DNA of 64,000 nucleotides from Oligoflexales bacterium (GTDB lineage Bacteria; Bdellovibrionota_B; Oligoflexia; Oligoflexales; Bog-1112): NCBI GenBank assembly GCA_045106415.1, contig JBGCEP010000014.1, positions 1 to 64,000 of the forward strand, read 5' to 3'. Shown piece by piece: positions 59,326 to 64,000 of this stretch (position 1 is its first letter; each line of letters starts with the position of its first letter). The notes under the pieces were generated by a model. It saw only the letters and a program-made list of their open reading frames with translations, ran no database searches and was not told where the DNA came from. The position numbers and the translations under genes were made by a program.

Positions 59326-61416
59326 TTAAGCTGCTCGATAATTATTCTCCAAGTATTTTTGTAAAGCGTCTTCTATATTTCTACGTGTAACAGGTTTTGT
59401 TAGGTAATCATTCATACCTGCGCTGAGGCATTTTGTTTGATCATCTTTAAGTGTGTTTGCTGTGAGAGCAATAATAAAAGGTTGGTTTTTAAGAGGCATA
59501 GAGCGGATTTTTTGAGTAGCTTTAAAACCATCCAAAACAGGCATTTGACAATCCATAAAGATGACGTCGTATTGATTTTGAAGAAGCATGATGCATGCTT
59601 CTTCACCGTTTCTTGCTTTATCAGGTTTGATTTTTAAATTTGATAGAAACTTTTCTGTAATAGTCATGTTCATTTCATTGTCTTCTACGATCAGTGAGCG
59701 AATATTTTTAAGGTTGGAAAGTTGAAGCGGTTTATTCTTTTTTTCTATGATCTCAACACCTTTTTGGTAAGGAATAGAAACAGAAAAACGAGTCCCTTTA
59801 TTAGGAGTACTATGGCATTGAATTTTCCCGCCGAGAAGTTGAGTTGTTTTAGAGCAAATCGCAAGCCCTAGCCCTGATCCGCCAAATTTTCTTGTGGTCG
59901 ATGCGTCGGCTTGTGAAAACTCTTCAAATAATGATGTGTAATCCTTATGATCAAAACCAATTCCAGTGTCTTCTACATTAAACAGAAGGTGATCTTGTGC
60001 TTGGTCAATACGAACAGAAATAGAAACAGAACCGTATTCGGTAAATTTAATTGCATTGCTAATGAGGTTTGTGAGAATACGCTGTGTTTTTTCAGGATCT
60101 CCGGTCACCCATCGTGGAAAAGAATCATCGATGTTAAGTTGAAAATCAAGTGATTTTTTTTGTGATTGAGGTTTAAAAATATCATAGATATTTTGCATAA
60201 AAAGATGTGAGTCATAGTTGCGATATTTTAAATTAACCTTGTTGTCATCTAGTTTTGATATATCTAAAATATCATTTAAAAGAGACATCATTGTCTCCCC
60301 AGATTTTTGGATAATATTGAGCCATTGCTGTTGATCTTCTTTGTAGTGATAGTTTTTTAAAATTTCAGCAGATGCAAGAATACCGTTCATAGGTGTTCGG
60401 ATTTCATGGCTCATATTTGCTAAGAATTGATTTTTTGCTTGAGAAGCCTGAAGTGCTTTTGCATTTGCTTCATATATTTTTTGCTCTGCTTCTTTTCGAT
60501 CATTAATATCTTGAACAGTACCCCTTAAAAAAATTTCCCCTTTTGAATCTATGTATTGTTCACCTGTTAGGCGGATATGTGATTTTCTACGTTTCACTGT
60601 AAATATATCAACTTCAATGTCCCATTTTTTATTATGATATATAGCCTCTTCCGCTAATCTAACTATAAGATCTTGTGTGCTTTTATCGTAGAATTGAATA
60701 GCCTCTTCAGGAGACATCTCCTTTCCAAAGGGAACTCCGTAAATAGAATAAATCTCATGGCTCCACCATAAATAATTCGTTTCTACGTGTATGGTCCAGC
60801 CACCAATTTTAGCAATTTTATTTGTTTGTTGAAGAACATCAAGTGCTTGTTGTGTCTCTTGTATTTGGCCTTGTAGATGGTGCTGGGATTTTCGCAAGGC
60901 ATTGATGTGTTCAGAGTGAGATGTTTTATTAAGGCAATTAATTGCTGATAAGATAAGATAAATCAGAAAATAAGACTCGATAAGGCCTTGCGGCATACTA
61001 TGTATTACAGGCGATTGAAAATGAAGAGTTATGAGGCTGATAAAGAGCAAACCTGAGAATGTACAACTTGTTTTTTTATCGATAATAAGAAAGCAAAGAG
61101 AAGGGAAGAGTAAAGCTACGATCCCTGAAGGTGACAATAATGTTTTGTAGTAGTAAAGACTTATAATAATAGAACTGTACGCTATTAGAAGAAATATAAA
61201 AGTTGGAGTATCGCGAGGGTTTTTTTTGAAAAAAAGAGAGCATGCGCTTGAGGCACAAAAAAGTGATGTGCTAAGGGCTGCTGAAAAGTAGAGATGTTTA
61301 TATAAAAAATATAATGAAAATAATCCCATTGAACACGTGATGCTCATGAGTCCATATATAAATAAAGAAAGTCTTTGGTGTGTATGGCTTTCTTGATATG
61401 TTTTTTTGATAGTCAT
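59326..61416 (-). CDS. Membrane hybrid histidine kinase (TMs-PAS-HisKA-HATPase-REC)
   Basis: AKIGGW PAS, NMSHEIRTPMNG, NAIKFT, GGSGLGL, MDCQMP, KP. Confidence 0.93.
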   Translation of the reverse strand: MTIKKTYQESHTHQRLSLFIYGLMSITCSMGLFSLYFLYKHLYFSAALSTSLFCASSACSLFFKKNPRDTPTFIFLLIAYSSIIISLYYYKTLLSPSGIVALLFPSLCFLIIDKKTSCTFSGLLFISLITLHFQSPVIHSMPQGLIESYFLIYLILSAINCLNKTSHSEHINALRKSQHHLQGQIQETQQALDVLQQTNKIAKIGGWTIHVETNYLWWSHEIYSIYGVPFGKEMSPEEAIQFYDKSTQDLIVRLAEEAIYHNKKWDIEVDIFTVKRRKSHIRLTGEQYIDSKGEIFLRGTVQDINDRKEAEQKIYEANAKALQASQAKNQFLANMSHEIRTPMNGILASAEILKNYHYKEDQQQWLNIIQKSGETMMSLLNDILDISKLDDNKVNLKYRNYDSHLFMQNIYDIFKPQSQKKSLDFQLNIDDSFPRWVTGDPEKTQRILTNLISNAIKFTEYGSVSISVRIDQAQDHLLFNVEDTGIGFDHKDYTSLFEEFSQADASTTRKFGGSGLGLAICSKTTQLLGGKIQCHSTPNKGTRFSVSIPYQKGVEIIEKKNKPLQLSNLKNIRSLIVEDNEMNMTITEKFLSNLKIKPDKARNGEEACIMLLQNQYDVIFMDCQMPVLDGFKATQKIRSMPLKNQPFIIALTANTLKDDQTKCLSAGMNDYLTKPVTRRNIEDALQKYLENNYRAA

Positions 61417-61445
61417 CGTTCCTCTAATGTTAGGTCTTTTAAGTC

Positions 61446-61472
61446 TTATCGGTATGATTTTCTATGAATTGA
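61446..61472 (-). promoter_or_regulatory. Putative sigma28-type promoter
   Basis: TCAA-N15-ACCGATAA on minus strand upstream of the hybrid kinase. Confidence 0.6.
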
Positions 61473-61798
61473 TTTTGCTATGAAGTTACTCACTAGAAAT
61501 TAGAAGGTTTTTTTGTGAAAGCGCTTTGTTATAGCAATTCCATAAAATAACTGGATTTTTTAAAGAGAGCCTTGAACGATAAAGTTTTGTGTTCTTTTAT
61601 TTAAGCGCATGTTCTTTTTCTTTAAGGTTATAGTGCTTTGAATGGTAGTTTTGCCTTCTTTCGGTCTGCGTCTATGTCGCTTTAAGTCTCTGTTTACAAA
61701 GTAATTAAAAAGTATTTTTGTTTTTTTGTTCATGAAATCGAATCTGTGACCGAAGTATGAATACATTGAAAACTCCAGGAGATGGAGTAGGGGAAATT

Positions 61799-64000
61799 AT
61801 GATGAGAACGATTCTTTGTAAATCTTGTATTGTGATGTCTTTTATAATAATGACTGGTTGTGATCTGTCTACGGCTCCTTTAGCAAGTCAGGACGAAAGA
61901 GCTGCTTCTGTTGCTTCGTTGGGTGAAGAAGATATCGGTGAGACGACGGTGACGGAAGATCAAGCTGATTCTCAAAGTTTATCCTCACAATCCTTAGCTA
62001 TTACATCAACGATGTCACAAGAGTTAGCTACAGATCTTTTGGCTGCTGGCTTTAGCGAAGAAGAATCTCAAATCGTGATTAATAAAGCAACTGATTCAGC
62101 GACTGTTTCAGCGAATAGCCTCGCTGTGTTTAGCCTGACAACAAGTTCCCCTGTTTTAAATGAAATAGCCCCAGCTTTTATTAAAGGAGCTATGGAAGGT
62201 TTAAGCCTTGCAGGGAATGGTTTGAGTTCTTCATCAGAAAAGGCAAATGCGACAGAGCTTGTGATGACTTCGTCTATGAGATCTTTAAAAAGTCATACGC
62301 AGGGTTGGCCTTCAAATGACCGAGATGTGGTTGAAAATAACGTGATGGAATCAGGCATTGAAAATATTCAGCTGAGTGGCATTGAAGAATCAAACTATAA
62401 AGATGCTGTTTTCGCAGTTGTAAAAGGCTCGGTGAGTGCGCTTGAAACATCTGGAGTTCCTCATGGTGAGCTTGTATCCACGACGCAAAGATTTGTTGAA
62501 AAATCAACAGCTATCCTCAAGTCGGCTCCTGTTGCTATTCGGGTAGCGTCTATGGCTCAGGTATCAAAAGGAAGTGTTGTCGGTGTTGGATCTTTATCTC
62601 TCAAAGATGAAGAACGTGAGGTTCTTCCCTCTCAAGTTGCTGTTGTCGTAACAGGTGCAACACATGATTTATCGCTAACGGACGATGATTTTTCTTCTGC
62701 TGTCTCAGATATTAGTTATCAAACAGGTGTGGGTATTAAAGAAGTTGGATTGCAGGACCAAGCGACACAAGTGAAAGCTGTTGAAGGCTTGGCAGCAGGT
62801 ATTTCATCAAAGATTGTTGAGATTTCTTTGTTGGGAAACTCTTCACAAGAATTCTTAGAAAAATCTGTCCCAAGTGTTAGCGCTGGTGTTATCCAATCGA
62901 TGGATAGCGGTTTGATGACAGGAGAAAATGTTGTTTCTTCAGGTGTCTCAGGTAAGGTGATTGCAAAAACCTTAGCCACACTTGAAAAAGCAACTCTTGA
63001 TTCAGATAAAAAAATTACTTTAGCTGGAGAAGTTGCTTCGAAAGCTGTAATTGCAGCAGGTGTCGCAAAAATTGATGACAATCTTCAGTCAAGTGTGATT
63101 GCAGATATCGTCAAAGGAAGCACTTCTAGTTTGGAGTCTTCTGGTCTTAAAGCAGATAGCGATCTTCAGTCAGCTGTAGGTTTGATTGCATCTAAAGCAG
63201 TCGAAGCGATGTCTTCAACTGGTGTTCCAAAAGACGCTTACGGTTCTGCAACGGGAAAAATTGTTTCTTCTGCGCTTTCTGGTATGTCCAAGAAAGCGGA
63301 TGTTGGGTCGTCGATTCAAAGAGTCACAGAAAAGTCATTGCAAGCTTTATCAGATCATCAGAAGGCAGGTGTGATCACATCCGCTGTATTGGCCGATGGT
63401 GCAAAAGAAGCAACATCAAGTGTGATACAAGAAGTCAAAACTATGCAAAATAATGGTGATGTTGAATCTAAAGAAACTGAAAAGCTCGCTGTCATGGCAG
63501 CAGATGGTGTTGTCAGTGGTCTTGCTATTGGTGGGATGTCTAGTGCAGAAACAGCCTCTGTCAGAGATCAAGTTGTTGATCAAATGGGTGGTGATCTTGC
63601 AAATATAGGGGTGGAAGCAAGTAAAGTTGCTTCTATTAAAGTTTCTGCAAATGATAAAACGAATGATGCTGTTGAAGTCGCGCAAGTTCTTACAGATAAC
63701 ACAGCTCCTTCTTGTTCTTTGTTTGAAAAATCTGTTTCTGATGATGACTTTAAATCTCGAGTTGATGGCCAAAAAAGAAGTCAGATTTTTTGTACTGCTG
63801 TTGTTTGCCCATCAAATCGAAAAATTGAAGGTTATCAATTAAGTTGGAGCGTTTTTTCGATAGAAAAATCTTTATGTAAAATGACGAAAGAAATTTTGGA
63901 AAGCGATGTTATCGCTCTTACAGGTGGGGGTATTAATCTTTCAAATATATCTGCAAGTGATGTTTCTTTTCAGGTGGACGCAGGTAATTTGACGGAAGTT
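61799..64000 (+). CDS. Large Ala/Ser/Val-rich lipoprotein, partial (runs off the right edge; absent from the ORF track)
   Basis: MMRTILCKSCIVMSFIIMTGC lipobox after AGGGGA; the first ~90 and last 13 codons share one stop-free frame; absence from the track fits an ORF with no stop in the window. Confidence 0.8.
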   Translation, partial: MMRTILCKSCIVMSFIIMTGCDLSTAPLASQDERAASVASLGEEDIGETTVTEDQADSQSLSSQSLAITSTMSQELATDLLAAGFSEEESQIVINKATDSATVSANSLAVFSLTTSSPVLNEIAPAFIKGAMEGLSLAGNGLSSSSEKANATELVMTSSMRSLKSHTQGWPSNDRDVVENNVMESGIENIQLSGIEESNYKDAVFAVVKGSVSALETSGVPHGELVSTTQRFVEKSTAILKSAPVAIRVASMAQVSKGSVVGVGSLSLKDEEREVLPSQVAVVVTGATHDLSLTDDDFSSAVSDISYQTGVGIKEVGLQDQATQVKAVEGLAAGISSKIVEISLLGNSSQEFLEKSVPSVSAGVIQSMDSGLMTGENVVSSGVSGKVIAKTLATLEKATLDSDKKITLAGEVASKAVIAAGVAKIDDNLQSSVIADIVKGSTSSLESSGLKADSDLQSAVGLIASKAVEAMSSTGVPKDAYGSATGKIVSSALSGMSKKADVGSSIQRVTEKSLQALSDHQKAGVITSAVLADGAKEATSSVIQEVKTMQNNGDVESKETEKLAVMAADGVVSGLAIGGMSSAETASVRDQVVDQMGGDLANIGVEASKVASIKVSANDKTNDAVEVAQVLTDNTAPSCSLFEKSVSDDDFKSRVDGQKRSQIFCTAVVCPSNRKIEGYQLSWSVFSIEKSLCKMTKEILESDVIALTGGGINLSNISASDVSFQVDAGNLTEV

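Noticed and set aside
62274..63842. Short ORFs listed in the last 2 kb
   Set aside because: Shadows of the long lipoprotein frame that starts at 61799

Overview
AT-rich bacterial chromosomal window, standard genetic code, mostly housekeeping and signalling genes. Gene content (DUF6178-like protein, STAS/Zn-ribbon protein, FecR/TPR/barrel protein, many FliA-type promoters, Na+-NQR) suggests a marine Bdellovibrionota/Oligoflexia-like organism; this taxonomy is inference. Recognisable genes: partial TonB-like gene, nqrABCDEF-apbE-nqrM, hemL, an mqnA-like gene, an AGCS symporter, sixA, a polyprenyl synthase, speA, rsmD-coaD, fused 2-oxoacid dehydrogenase E1, a PabB/TrpE-family gene, hbd, mutY, pepA, eno, cheA-cheW, tlyA, rlmN, a Lon-like protease, mutS2, pilD, two diguanylate cyclases and two hybrid kinases. 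Features missing from the ORF track that I read directly from the DNA: (1) a decayed IS2-group element at 7718-8992; (2) a thrice-interrupted lipoprotein gene coupled to cheW that ends in a polymorphic-toxin-like domain (41540-42858); (3) a 35-aa Arg/Lys-rich gene with its own promoter, RBS and hairpin (49288-49395); (4) a large lipoprotein gene running off the right end; (5) a recurring sigma28-like promoter motif before at least seven loci. No rRNA, tRNA or CRISPR array was seen. Family calls come from motif recognition only; no database searches were run.
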